A stretch of 64,000 nt of DNA from sequence record LR745206.1; one strand, given 5' to 3'. Numbering within the stretch: position 1 is the stretch's first letter; each line of letters starts with the position of its first letter. This document shows, piece by piece, positions 30,134 through 36,323 of this stretch. Under the pieces are notes generated by a model. That model worked only from the letters and a program-made list of their open reading frames with translations. It was not told the DNA's origin and did not search any database. Position numbers and translations under genes: made by a program.

Positions 30134-30601
30134 TTGTTAGATATGAAAGCTATAATGTTCTTGAAAACAAAAGAAGGTGAATACCTATTTAAGGGTGACT
30201 CTTTCTGGTCAAAAGGTAAAGATCCGGATTTTGCCAAAATTTATTCAGATGATAATATTGATCAAGTGAATAGTTGGTTAAGAAATGGAATATTTCCATG
30301 GAATATCTATAAAGATAAAATTGATGTGGTTATTGATAGATATCATGATGGTATACTTGGATATTTTACACCTGATGAAAGTAAGTATGATGGTAGACAT
30401 AATCTAAAAAAAGGAACTAAAATTGATGAATTGGGTAAACCAACTTATCTTTGGATAATTAAATTATATCCACAATCAGATTGGGTAATAGAAAAGCAAG
30501 ATGAAAATTCTATTAATCCTAGTAATATGGGATATTTTGAAAATTATACCGAATATCATCGTGATGAAATATTAAAAGATGTATTAAAAGACTCAGAGTA
30601 A
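30134..30601 (+). CDS. Hypothetical protein
   Basis: 155 aa ORF; C-terminal RDEILKDVL. Confidence 0.7.
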   Translation: MLDMKAIMFLKTKEGEYLFKGDSFWSKGKDPDFAKIYSDDNIDQVNSWLRNGIFPWNIYKDKIDVVIDRYHDGILGYFTPDESKYDGRHNLKKGTKIDELGKPTYLWIIKLYPQSDWVIEKQDENSINPSNMGYFENYTEYHRDEILKDVLKDSE

Positions 30602-30613
30602 TCTGAGTCTTTT
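30586..30613. terminator. Bidirectional intrinsic terminator
   Basis: AAAAGACTCAGA-GTAA-TCTGAGTCTTTT between convergent genes. Confidence 0.85.
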
Positions 30614-30815
30614 ATTTTTTATCAGAACAACAACATCCACAGTCACAGTTCTCTTCATCACAGTTATCACAATCACAATCTTTACAATCACACTTTTTAG
30701 TAGATTCTGCTGCTTTTCTCTCAGCTGCTTTTTTCATGATCTCCTCACTGGATTTTCTCATTTCCATTTCAGCTCTATCATTTTTCCAACCTTCAAACGT
30801 TCTTACATTTTTCAT
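30612..30815 (-). CDS. Small Cys-rich (metallothionein-like tail) protein
   Basis: CDCKDCDCDNCDEENCDCGCCC. Confidence 0.6.
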   Translation of the reverse strand: MKNVRTFEGWKNDRAEMEMRKSSEEIMKKAAERKAAESTKKCDCKDCDCDNCDEENCDCGCCCSDKK

Positions 30816-30823
30816 AATTTTAA

Positions 30824-31435
30824 TTATTTTTTAAGTATAAATTTTGCATGAGTGGCTATTTGACCACCACCTTTTATTATTTCTTCTTTGCTAAATAAAC
30901 CAATTGTTGAATTTGGTTTACTAGCAATTTCTTTTAGTTCTTCTTCTATATCTTTTTTGAATGAAACTTCAAATATTTCAAATACTCTTTCTGATATAAC
31001 ATCGAACCTTTCACTTTTATCTCTTATTGTATCTATTTTTCTTTCAGTAACATCAGACTCTTCTAAATTAGAAAGAACATTTTCTTCAATAACCAACTCC
31101 TCAATAACTTCCCTTTTACAAGATTTTTCTCTATCATTAGTAACATCAAACCAATTTAAGAATTCTGGTAATTTACCATTACTAATAGTGAATCTTAGAT
31201 CTGGTGTTTTTCTTTCAAACTCAGCTCCCAGTTTAAGAAGAAATTCCTCAGCTTCTGGTAGATATTCTAATGCTCCACCTAACGGACCATATGATATTAT
31301 ACCTTTACTTCTAGATCTTTTATTTTGGACCAATAGATATTTATCATCAATAGTAATTGATGCTAATCCAGCACAGCTAACTCTTATAGTGTTAACCTTT
31401 GATTCATTAATAAATGATAGAAAATCTAATATCAT
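30824..31435 (-). CDS. NUDIX-fold protein resembling SMODS-associated NUDIX domain
   Basis: IRVSCAGL, KYLLVQN, YGPLGGA, DLRF, REVIEEL NUDIX-type box. Confidence 0.6.
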   Translation of the reverse strand: MILDFLSFINESKVNTIRVSCAGLASITIDDKYLLVQNKRSRSKGIISYGPLGGALEYLPEAEEFLLKLGAEFERKTPDLRFTISNGKLPEFLNWFDVTNDREKSCKREVIEELVIEENVLSNLEESDVTERKIDTIRDKSERFDVISERVFEIFEVSFKKDIEEELKEIASKPNSTIGLFSKEEIIKGGGQIATHAKFILKK

Positions 31436-31483
31436 AAAACTTTTTCACCTTTTAATTATATATTAAAAAAAGAATAGTTAAAA

Positions 31484-31696
31484 ATGAGTAAACTTAGAAA
31501 TGGTGGTATGATAACCGAAAGAGATTATACTAATAAAACTTTAGAAGAAGCAGTAGAATATGCTGAGGCTGGTGGATTCGTAACAAGAATTGTTGAAAAA
31601 GACGGTAAACCAATTAGTTTAGATATGTCTGTTAGAGCAGATAGAATAAATTTTAGAGTCGTTAATGATAGAGTAACTGCCGCTTTTGGAGGCTAA
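31484..31696 (+). CDS. Small protein resembling I78/I13 protease-inhibitor fold
   Basis: LDMSVRADRINFRVVNDRVTAAFGG resembles the T-M-D-x-x-x-D-R-x-N loop. Confidence 0.45.
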   Translation: MSKLRNGGMITERDYTNKTLEEAVEYAEAGGFVTRIVEKDGKPISLDMSVRADRINFRVVNDRVTAAFGG

Positions 31697-31698
31697 TT

Positions 31699-32133
31699 AT
31701 GGATAAGATAAACAAAATACAAGCATATCATTCCTTTACAGTTATGCCAAAAGATTGTAATTTCAATAAACGAAAGAACAGTGATCTTAATGATACATTA
31801 TTTGGTGGTAAGTTAATGTATGAGATGGACTATGCCGGTGCTAAAATAGCAAGAAGAGCTACTTATGGTATAGATATCGATATGATAGTTACCGCATCAA
31901 CTGATAGAATTAATTTTGAAAAACCAGCTTTTATTGGTGATTTAATAACTATGGAAGCTACTATAAAAGCTTTTGGTAGATCATCTATACAAATAAGGAT
32001 AAAGGTTAGACGAGAGGATTTAAAGGGTGATGTAGAACAAATTTGCTCAGCTAATATGACATTTGTTACTATAAAGGATGGTAAACCGATACAACATGGA
32101 TTATCTTTTGATAAATTAAATTTGGAGAATTAA
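31699..32133 (+). CDS. Acyl-CoA thioesterase (hotdog fold)
   Basis: VMPKDCN..TLFGGKLM, VTASTDRINFEKPAFIGD, GRSS, MTFVTI. Confidence 0.88.
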   Translation: MDKINKIQAYHSFTVMPKDCNFNKRKNSDLNDTLFGGKLMYEMDYAGAKIARRATYGIDIDMIVTASTDRINFEKPAFIGDLITMEATIKAFGRSSIQIRIKVRREDLKGDVEQICSANMTFVTIKDGKPIQHGLSFDKLNLEN

Positions 32134-32154
32134 ATATATATAACTATATTTGTA

Positions 32155-32265
32155 TCATATTGATGGTTGTGTGAGTTGCGTAGTGACAAGAACACAGGCT
32201 ATACAACATAGGTTCACAGTTCAAAGATTCAATAATCTACTTCTTAGAGCGACCTTTCCCACAAT
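32155..32265 (+). ncRNA. Possible small structured RNA
   Basis: Own TAnnTTTG box at 32145, no ORF, end-to-end pairing TTGTG/CACAA and GTTGC/GCGAC. Confidence 0.3.
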
Positions 32266-32379
32266 ATTTTATAAATAAATTAAAATAAATTAGGTAGATA
32301 TAAAACTTTTATCTATATTTGTATAAAATAATAACAAAAACGAAAAAAGGGACAATTCCTTTTTAATATATAAGAAATA

Positions 32380-32475
32380 ATGACAACAAATAGTACACAT
32401 AAGAATTTTAGTAAATCGCATAAATGGTTTAGCAACCAATCGTTCGGTACTGAAAGTGTATTGTCATTAAATTAA
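32380..32475 (+). CDS. Putative attenuator leader peptide (His/Phe/Trp) MTTNSTHKNFSKSHKWFSNQSFGTESVLSLN
   Basis: 2 His, 3 Phe, 1 Trp; followed by a terminator and His/Phe/Trp tRNAs. Confidence 0.75.
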   Translation: MTTNSTHKNFSKSHKWFSNQSFGTESVLSLN

Positions 32476-32508
32476 TGTAGAAGTTAAATTAATAAACAAC
32501 AATATTTC

Positions 32509-32538
32509 AATCCGAACTCAAAAGTTCGGATTTTTTTT
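32509..32538 (+). terminator. Attenuator terminator, His/Phe/Trp tRNA block
   Basis: AATCCGAAC-TCAAAA-GTTCGGATT plus T-tract. Confidence 0.85.
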
Positions 32539-32552
32539 GTTTAAAAATATAT

Positions 32553-32627
32553 GGTGTGTGAAGGGAAAATGGTTGACCCGTCACTCTGTGAAAGTGAAGA
32601 TAGCGGGATCGTTACCCGTCATACACC
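32553..32627 (+). tRNA. tRNA-His (GTG)
   Basis: TCACT-CT-GTG-AA-AGTGA; encoded G-1 and C73; T-loop ATCGTTA. Confidence 0.85.
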
Positions 32628-32634
32628 CAAATAA

Positions 32635-32707
32635 GGAACCTAAGCTAATCAGGTGAAAGCACTGGACTGAAAATCCAGGGAGCCCGGATCGTTACCGGGA
32701 GGTTCCA
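32635..32707 (+). tRNA. tRNA-Phe (GAA)
   Basis: CTGGA-CT-GAA-AA-TCCAG; acceptor GGAACCT/AGGTTCC. Confidence 0.88.
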
Positions 32708-32714
32708 CAAACAT

Positions 32715-32788
32715 GGTGAATGTAGCTCAATTGGGAGAGCGTCTGGTTGTGAACCAGAAGGTAGTCGGATCAAAACCGACCTTTCACA
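32715..32788 (+). tRNA. tRNA-His (GTG), atypical
   Basis: TCTGG-TT-GTG-AA-CCAGA; T-loop ATCAAAA, A at position 73. Confidence 0.75.
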
Positions 32789-32794
32789 CAAAAT

Positions 32795-32866
32795 GGAGGC
32801 TTAGCTGAGACGGTTTAGCGTTGGTGTGAAGTACCAAAGAGGTCGGTTCGATTCCGGCAGTCTCCA
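32795..32866 (+). tRNA. tRNA-Phe (GAA)
   Basis: TTGGT-GT-GAA-GT-ACCAA; canonical T arm. Confidence 0.8.
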
Positions 32867-32881
32867 CAAAATAACTAACAC

Positions 32882-32953
32882 GCGGATGAGCGTAGGTTTA
32901 GTCGGCAGGATTCCAACCCCTCGCCCGTTAGAGTTCGAATCTCTACATCCGCG
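32882..32953 (+). tRNA. Degenerate tRNA-like gene (CCA/Trp or TCC/Gly register)
   Basis: Perfect acceptor GCGGATG/CATCCGC and T arm TAGAG-TTCGAAT-CTCTA; D and anticodon stems poorly paired. Confidence 0.45.
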
Positions 32954-32959
32954 CAAATA

Positions 32960-33027
32960 ACAAGTAGTGACTAAGAGGGTTACTTCGATTTTAACGACAA
33001 ACAATACTCTCTTTATTTTTCTCTTGT
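32960..33027 (+). other. Hairpin element homologous to the flanks of the permuted tRNA-Cys
   Basis: Shares CAAG-TAGT...GAG...GTTACTTCGA.T...CGAC...AATAC..CTC with 59031-59158; ACAAG/CTTGT closing pair. Confidence 0.5.
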
Positions 33028-33032
33028 TAAAC

Positions 33033-33103
33033 ACGGGTATGGTGAAATGGTATCATTACGGTCTCCAAAACCGCAGTTCTGAGTTCGAATCTTGGTACCC
33101 GTG
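33033..33103 (+). tRNA. tRNA-Trp (CCA)
   Basis: ACGGT-CT-CCA-AA-ACCGC; G73. Confidence 0.88.
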
Positions 33104-33135
33104 CAAATTATTAAAAATTGAAAAAGGAAGAAATT

Positions 33136-33165
33136 ATGAAAACTAAATTAAAATATAAACGATAG
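33136..33165 (+). CDS. Putative leader peptide (Lys) MKTKLKYKR
   Basis: 4 AAA Lys codons in 9; same GAAGAAATTATGAAAACTA 5' context as the leader at 33630; followed by four tRNA-Lys. Confidence 0.7.
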   Translation: MKTKLKYKR

Positions 33166-33195
33166 GGTTAGTAACCAATTGAAAGTTACTAACCC
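33165..33195 (+). promoter_or_regulatory. 11-bp hairpin starting at the Lys leader stop codon
   Basis: GGGTTAGTAAC-CAATTGAAA-GTTACTAACCC; no long T-tract. Confidence 0.7.
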
Positions 33196-33208
33196 ATTTA
33201 GAAAAAAT

Positions 33209-33281
33209 GCGTTCGTAGCTCAATTGGTAGAGCTTCCGGCTTTTAACCGGAAGGTTGTGGGTTCGATTCCCTCCGGGCGTA
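33209..33281 (+). tRNA. tRNA-Lys (TTT)
   Basis: TCCGG-CT-TTT-AA-CCGGA. Confidence 0.88.
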
Positions 33282-33292
33282 CTAGTAAATAT

Positions 33293-33378
33293 CCGTCCGT
33301 GGGTGAATGGCTGAAACCACCAGACTTTTAATCTGACGAGAGAGATCTCCATTGTAGGTTCGAATCCTACCGGGCGGA
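33293..33378 (+). tRNA. tRNA-Lys (TTT), long variable arm
   Basis: CCAGA-CT-TTT-AA-TCTGA; extended variable region. Confidence 0.75.
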
Positions 33379-33382
33379 CAAG

Positions 33383-33465
33383 GCACCTGTCGCTTAGCGG
33401 CTATAGCAACTGGCTTTTAACCAGTCGAGTTTTCTCAATCGTGGGTTCGAGTCCCACCAGGTGCA
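33383..33465 (+). tRNA. tRNA-Lys (TTT), long variable arm
   Basis: ACTGG-CT-TTT-AA-CCAGT; variable CGAGTTTTCTCAATC. Confidence 0.8.
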
Positions 33466-33471
33466 CAAAAT

Positions 33472-33557
33472 GACTCCGTTCCCGTAGTTGGCCGAACGGT
33501 CCAGACTCTTAATCTGGCGACGAAAGTCCACCGTGGGTTCGAATCCCACCGGGGTCA
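33472..33557 (+). tRNA. tRNA-Lys (CTT), long variable arm
   Basis: CCAGA-CT-CTT-AA-TCTGG; variable GAC-GAAA-GTC hairpin. Confidence 0.8.
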
Positions 33558-33629
33558 CAAGAATAAAAGTTAAAAAATTAGGAATTGACAAAAACAAACA
33601 TTACATTTGTAATATATAAAGAAGAAATT

Positions 33630-33704
33630 ATGAAAACTATTAACAACACATCGAAAAGTTCTAGTCGCTCATCAAGTATGAGTGAGATTCGATTGTATTC
33701 GTAA
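33630..33704 (+). CDS. Putative attenuator leader peptide (Ser/Arg) MKTINNTSKSSSRSSSMSEIRLYS
   Basis: 9 Ser + 2 Arg in 24 aa; own TACATTTG promoter; terminator then Arg/Ser tRNAs. Confidence 0.82.
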   Translation: MKTINNTSKSSSRSSSMSEIRLYS

Positions 33705-33726
33705 TAGTCAAGTATAGATATTTATG

Positions 33727-33757
33727 AAACCTCGAATCTAACGATTTGAGGTTTTTT
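33727..33757 (+). terminator. Attenuator terminator, Ser/Arg tRNA block
   Basis: AAACCTCGAATC-TAAC-GATTTGAGGTTT plus T-tract. Confidence 0.85.
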
Positions 33758-33767
33758 GTTTTAAAAT

Positions 33768-33839
33768 GGTTCCATCGTTCAACGGATAGGACACTCGGCT
33801 ACGAACCGAGAAATTGGGGTTCGAATCCCTATGGAATCA
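33768..33839 (+). tRNA. tRNA-Arg (ACG)
   Basis: CTCGG-CT-ACG-AA-CCGAG. Confidence 0.9.
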
Positions 33840-33844
33840 CAAAT

Positions 33845-33931
33845 GGAAGAGTAATTAAGCTGGCGCTTGACCTAGTCTTGAAAACTAGTGGTACTGAAAG
33901 GTATGGGGATCGATACCTCACTCTTCCGCCA
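33845..33931 (+). tRNA. tRNA-Ser (TGA)
   Basis: CTAGT-CT-TGA-AA-ACTAG; long variable arm, G73, encoded CCA. Confidence 0.85.
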
Positions 33932-33935
33932 AATT

Positions 33936-34022
33936 GGAAAAATAAGAGCAGTTGGTCTAAGCTCGGCGGTTTTGAAAACCGTAGGCCCTAGTGGTGTGTG
34001 AGTTCGAGTCTCACTTTTTCCG
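33936..34022 (+). tRNA. tRNA-Ser (TGA)
   Basis: GCGGT-TT-TGA-AA-ACCGT; long variable arm, G73. Confidence 0.85.
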
Positions 34023-34031
34023 CAAAAATTT

Positions 34032-34118
34032 GGAGAGCAATCTAATCTGGTGATTAGGGCCGCCTGCTAAGCGTGTCGCACCTTCGGGTGTGGGGTTCAA
34101 TTCCTCTGTTCTCCGCCA
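34032..34118 (+). tRNA. tRNA-Ser (GCT)
   Basis: CGC-CT-GCT-AA-GCG; variable GCACC-TTCG-GGTGT; encoded CCA. Confidence 0.8.
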
Positions 34119-34121
34119 AAT

Positions 34122-34205
34122 GGAAGGCAATCTAACTTGGTAGTTAGCCACGCTTGGAAAGCGTCGGGCACCTTCGGGTGTGGGTTTCGATTACTCTGTC
34201 TTCCG
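34122..34205 (+). tRNA. tRNA-Ser (GGA)
   Basis: ACGC-TT-GGA-AA-GCGT; same variable arm as the preceding gene. Confidence 0.8.
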
Positions 34206-34210
34206 CAAAT

Positions 34211-34291
34211 GCCTCTGTATCGTCCTCGTCTTCGAAACGAGAGTAGCGTAACGGATAATGAAAAATGTAGGTTCGAATCCTACCAGGGGTA
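34211..34291 (+). tRNA. Rearranged tRNA-Arg (TCG)-like gene: no D arm before the anticodon, D-arm-like hairpin after it
   Basis: GCCTCTG/CAGGGGT acceptor, CTCGT-CT-TCG-AA-ACGAG, CGT-AACGGATA-ATG, GTAGG-TTCGAAT-CCTAC. Confidence 0.6.
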
Positions 34292-34295
34292 CAAA

Positions 34296-34598
34296 ATGAA
34301 TGAAATAATTATAGGAGATTGTCCGATTTGTGATCGTGAAATGTGGAGAGGTAGCTTTGTCGATAGGCATCACTTTTACCCTAAGTGTAAAGGTGGTAAA
34401 GAAACAGAGTATCTACATAAAGTGTGTCACCGAAAGATACATTCTGTTTTTACAGAAAATGAATTGGCAAAAGAATATAATAATGCTGAGATTGTTAAAT
34501 CTCATCCAGAAATAATTAAATTCATAAAATGGGTATCTAAGAAAGATCCTGATTTTTATGATAGTACAGTAACACATAATAGGAAAAGGAGAAGGTAA
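34296..34598 (+). CDS. HNH-family nuclease-like protein
   Basis: CPIC...DRHHFYPKCKGG...LHKVCHRKIH; start ATG 34296 (the track extension overlaps tRNAs). Confidence 0.8.
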   Translation: MNEIIIGDCPICDREMWRGSFVDRHHFYPKCKGGKETEYLHKVCHRKIHSVFTENELAKEYNNAEIVKSHPEIIKFIKWVSKKDPDFYDSTVTHNRKRRR

Positions 34599-34906
34599 TG
34601 GAAAGAGAAGAAATTTACAGAAGACATATAAGGTATGGTACATCGTCTGAGGGTACACTTATGTTGATGCAAAGTTTATTAACTGAAATATTGAGACCGG
34701 AGTATAGAAAAATTTGGGTTCAAGGTTCCTCAAGAGGTAGTCTATGTTTTACTATATTTGATAGAAACTCATATACAATGAGATTTTTCAACACTGGTGG
34801 ACTAAGACAATTCAGGGTGGATGCTCCATTGGAAGAAGAGATAGTTGCTATGGAAAGATTAATAGAGATATTCCGACAAGGTGTTCTATCTGAATTTATA
34901 GATTAG
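34598..34906 (+). CDS. Hypothetical protein
   Basis: 102 aa, coupled to the previous stop. Confidence 0.6.
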   Translation: MEREEIYRRHIRYGTSSEGTLMLMQSLLTEILRPEYRKIWVQGSSRGSLCFTIFDRNSYTMRFFNTGGLRQFRVDAPLEEEIVAMERLIEIFRQGVLSEFID

Positions 34907-35084
34907 GAGAGAGGATATGTGATATATAAGATATGAAGAAAGTATTTAAATTTATCACATATCCTTTAAGTAGATATATAAAAAATAGAATTAAATCTAG
35001 ATTAAATTGGTAATAATGAAAATTATTCCTATATTTGTAATTAATAATTAAAACATAAACGAAAAATATAATATATAAATAATA

Positions 35085-35129
35085 ATGAGAGCTTTACATA
35101 CATACAAAATTACGATTGACTTGGGTTAA
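35085..35129 (+). CDS. Putative attenuator leader peptide MRALHTYKITIDLG (His)
   Basis: Single His codon; 3' end complementary to the terminator 5' arm; upstream of HisRS operon. Confidence 0.55.
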   Translation: MRALHTYKITIDLG

Positions 35130-35154
35130 CCCAGCTGTATTTTATATGTATATA

Positions 35155-35185
35155 GCCCAGTCAATCTTTTGACTGGGTTTTTTTA
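35155..35185 (+). terminator. Attenuator terminator before HisRS operon
   Basis: GCCCAGTCAA-TCTTT-TTGACTGGGT plus T-tract. Confidence 0.85.
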
Positions 35186-35207
35186 TGCAAAAAAATAAAG
35201 TAAAGTT

Positions 35208-35411
35208 ATGAAAACAAAAGATGATAGCTGGTACGAGCAAAAAGTTGAAAGTATCAGAAAGAGGAAAAGAAAACTCCATCTTATCCAAGAGCCAAAGGTT
35301 AGAAAGAGAATTAAGGCGGATTTAAAACGTGAGCAAAGAGGGGCTAAAAGATCTTCTAAAAACTCATTAAAGAAATGGATGGAAAACGAAATAAATAAAT
35401 TAAACGATTAA
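35208..35411 (+). CDS. Small basic helical protein
   Basis: 67 aa Lys/Arg-rich ORF. Confidence 0.6.
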   Translation: MKTKDDSWYEQKVESIRKRKRKLHLIQEPKVRKRIKADLKREQRGAKRSSKNSLKKWMENEINKLND

Positions 35412-35424
35412 AAAAATTATAAAA

Positions 35425-36060
35425 ATGGAAATTAAAATTGATAGTACTTATAAAGGAACAAGAATCCTTTTTGCGGAAACAGCTAAGAGTAAACGTGTTT
35501 TACTAAATGATATGATTGAAATACTTGAATCTTATGGATATCAAGAAATAATGATACCAATCATACAAAAACAAGAAACTTTCGCTTCAAAGGTGGGTGA
35601 TGAAAATCAAAACATGATGTATAACTTTAAAGATAGAGGTAATCGTGATTTATGTTTATCACCAGAGTACACAGCAATTGTTCAACAATTAGCCTCTGAT
35701 AGAATGAAGTTTGATAAAGATGTTAAAATGTTCTACATAGGAGAATGTTTTAGAGGAGAAAATACACAAGCTGGAAGATGGAGACAATTCACACAATTTG
35801 GTGTTGAAGTCTTAAATCCATCTAAAGACTACTCTGATGAAATGATAGAAATTGCTACTAAACTAATTGAATTAGTTACAAAAAATTATGAATTAAACAC
35901 AGACGCAACAAGAGGTCTTGACTACTACAATGGTGGAAAGGGATTTGAAATTGCTTGTCCTGAGTTGGGAGCTGCTAAACAAATTTGTGGGGGAGGTTCT
36001 TATGAAGGAGGTATTGGTTTTGCCGTTGGTGTGGACAGATTACTATTATGCAACAGATAA
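35425..36060 (+). CDS. hisS: Miniature histidyl-tRNA synthetase (catalytic core only)
   Basis: YKGTR, LCLSPEYTA, FRGENTQAGRWRQFTQFGVE, RGLDYY, GGGSY, GFAVGVDR; ends with no anticodon-binding domain. Confidence 0.85.
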   Translation: MEIKIDSTYKGTRILFAETAKSKRVLLNDMIEILESYGYQEIMIPIIQKQETFASKVGDENQNMMYNFKDRGNRDLCLSPEYTAIVQQLASDRMKFDKDVKMFYIGECFRGENTQAGRWRQFTQFGVEVLNPSKDYSDEMIEIATKLIELVTKNYELNTDATRGLDYYNGGKGFEIACPELGAAKQICGGGSYEGGIGFAVGVDRLLLCNR

Positions 36061-36323
36061 GATATTTAAATTTTAATAAAATAGGTGATAGATTTGCATC
36101 AGTTGGTGATAATACCACTGATGTAAAAATAACATTTAAAACAGGAAATGAATTGAGTAATTTCATTAACAGCAATGAATCTATATTTAAGAATATGGAT
36201 TATAAATGTGACACCTCACTATTTAAAATAGTGAAGATTGAAAAAATAAAACACTTTTCTATAATAGCAAAGATAGAAAGAATAACTCTAAGAGAGTATA
36301 ACCTAGAAAGATTATTAACATGA
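36048..36323 (+). CDS. Hypothetical protein
   Basis: 91 aa; C-terminal REYNLERLL. Confidence 0.6.
   Translation: MQQIRYLNFNKIGDRFASVGDNTTDVKITFKTGNELSNFINSNESIFKNMDYKCDTSLFKIVKIEKIKHFSIIAKIERITLREYNLERLLT

Noticed and set aside
30888-31466. 192 aa plus-strand ORF
   Set aside because: Fully antisense to the NUDIX-like gene, Ser-rich shadow composition
32801-34373. ORFs at 32801, 33143, 33394, 33746, 34191 and the 5' part of 34137
   Set aside because: They overlap or are antisense to tRNA genes, whose higher GC suppresses stop codons
34933-35013. 26 aa basic ORF MKKVFKFITYPLSRYIKNRIKSRLNW as another leader peptide
   Set aside because: It lies upstream of the 35030 promoter with no terminator or matching tRNA block behind it; may be an ordinary small gene
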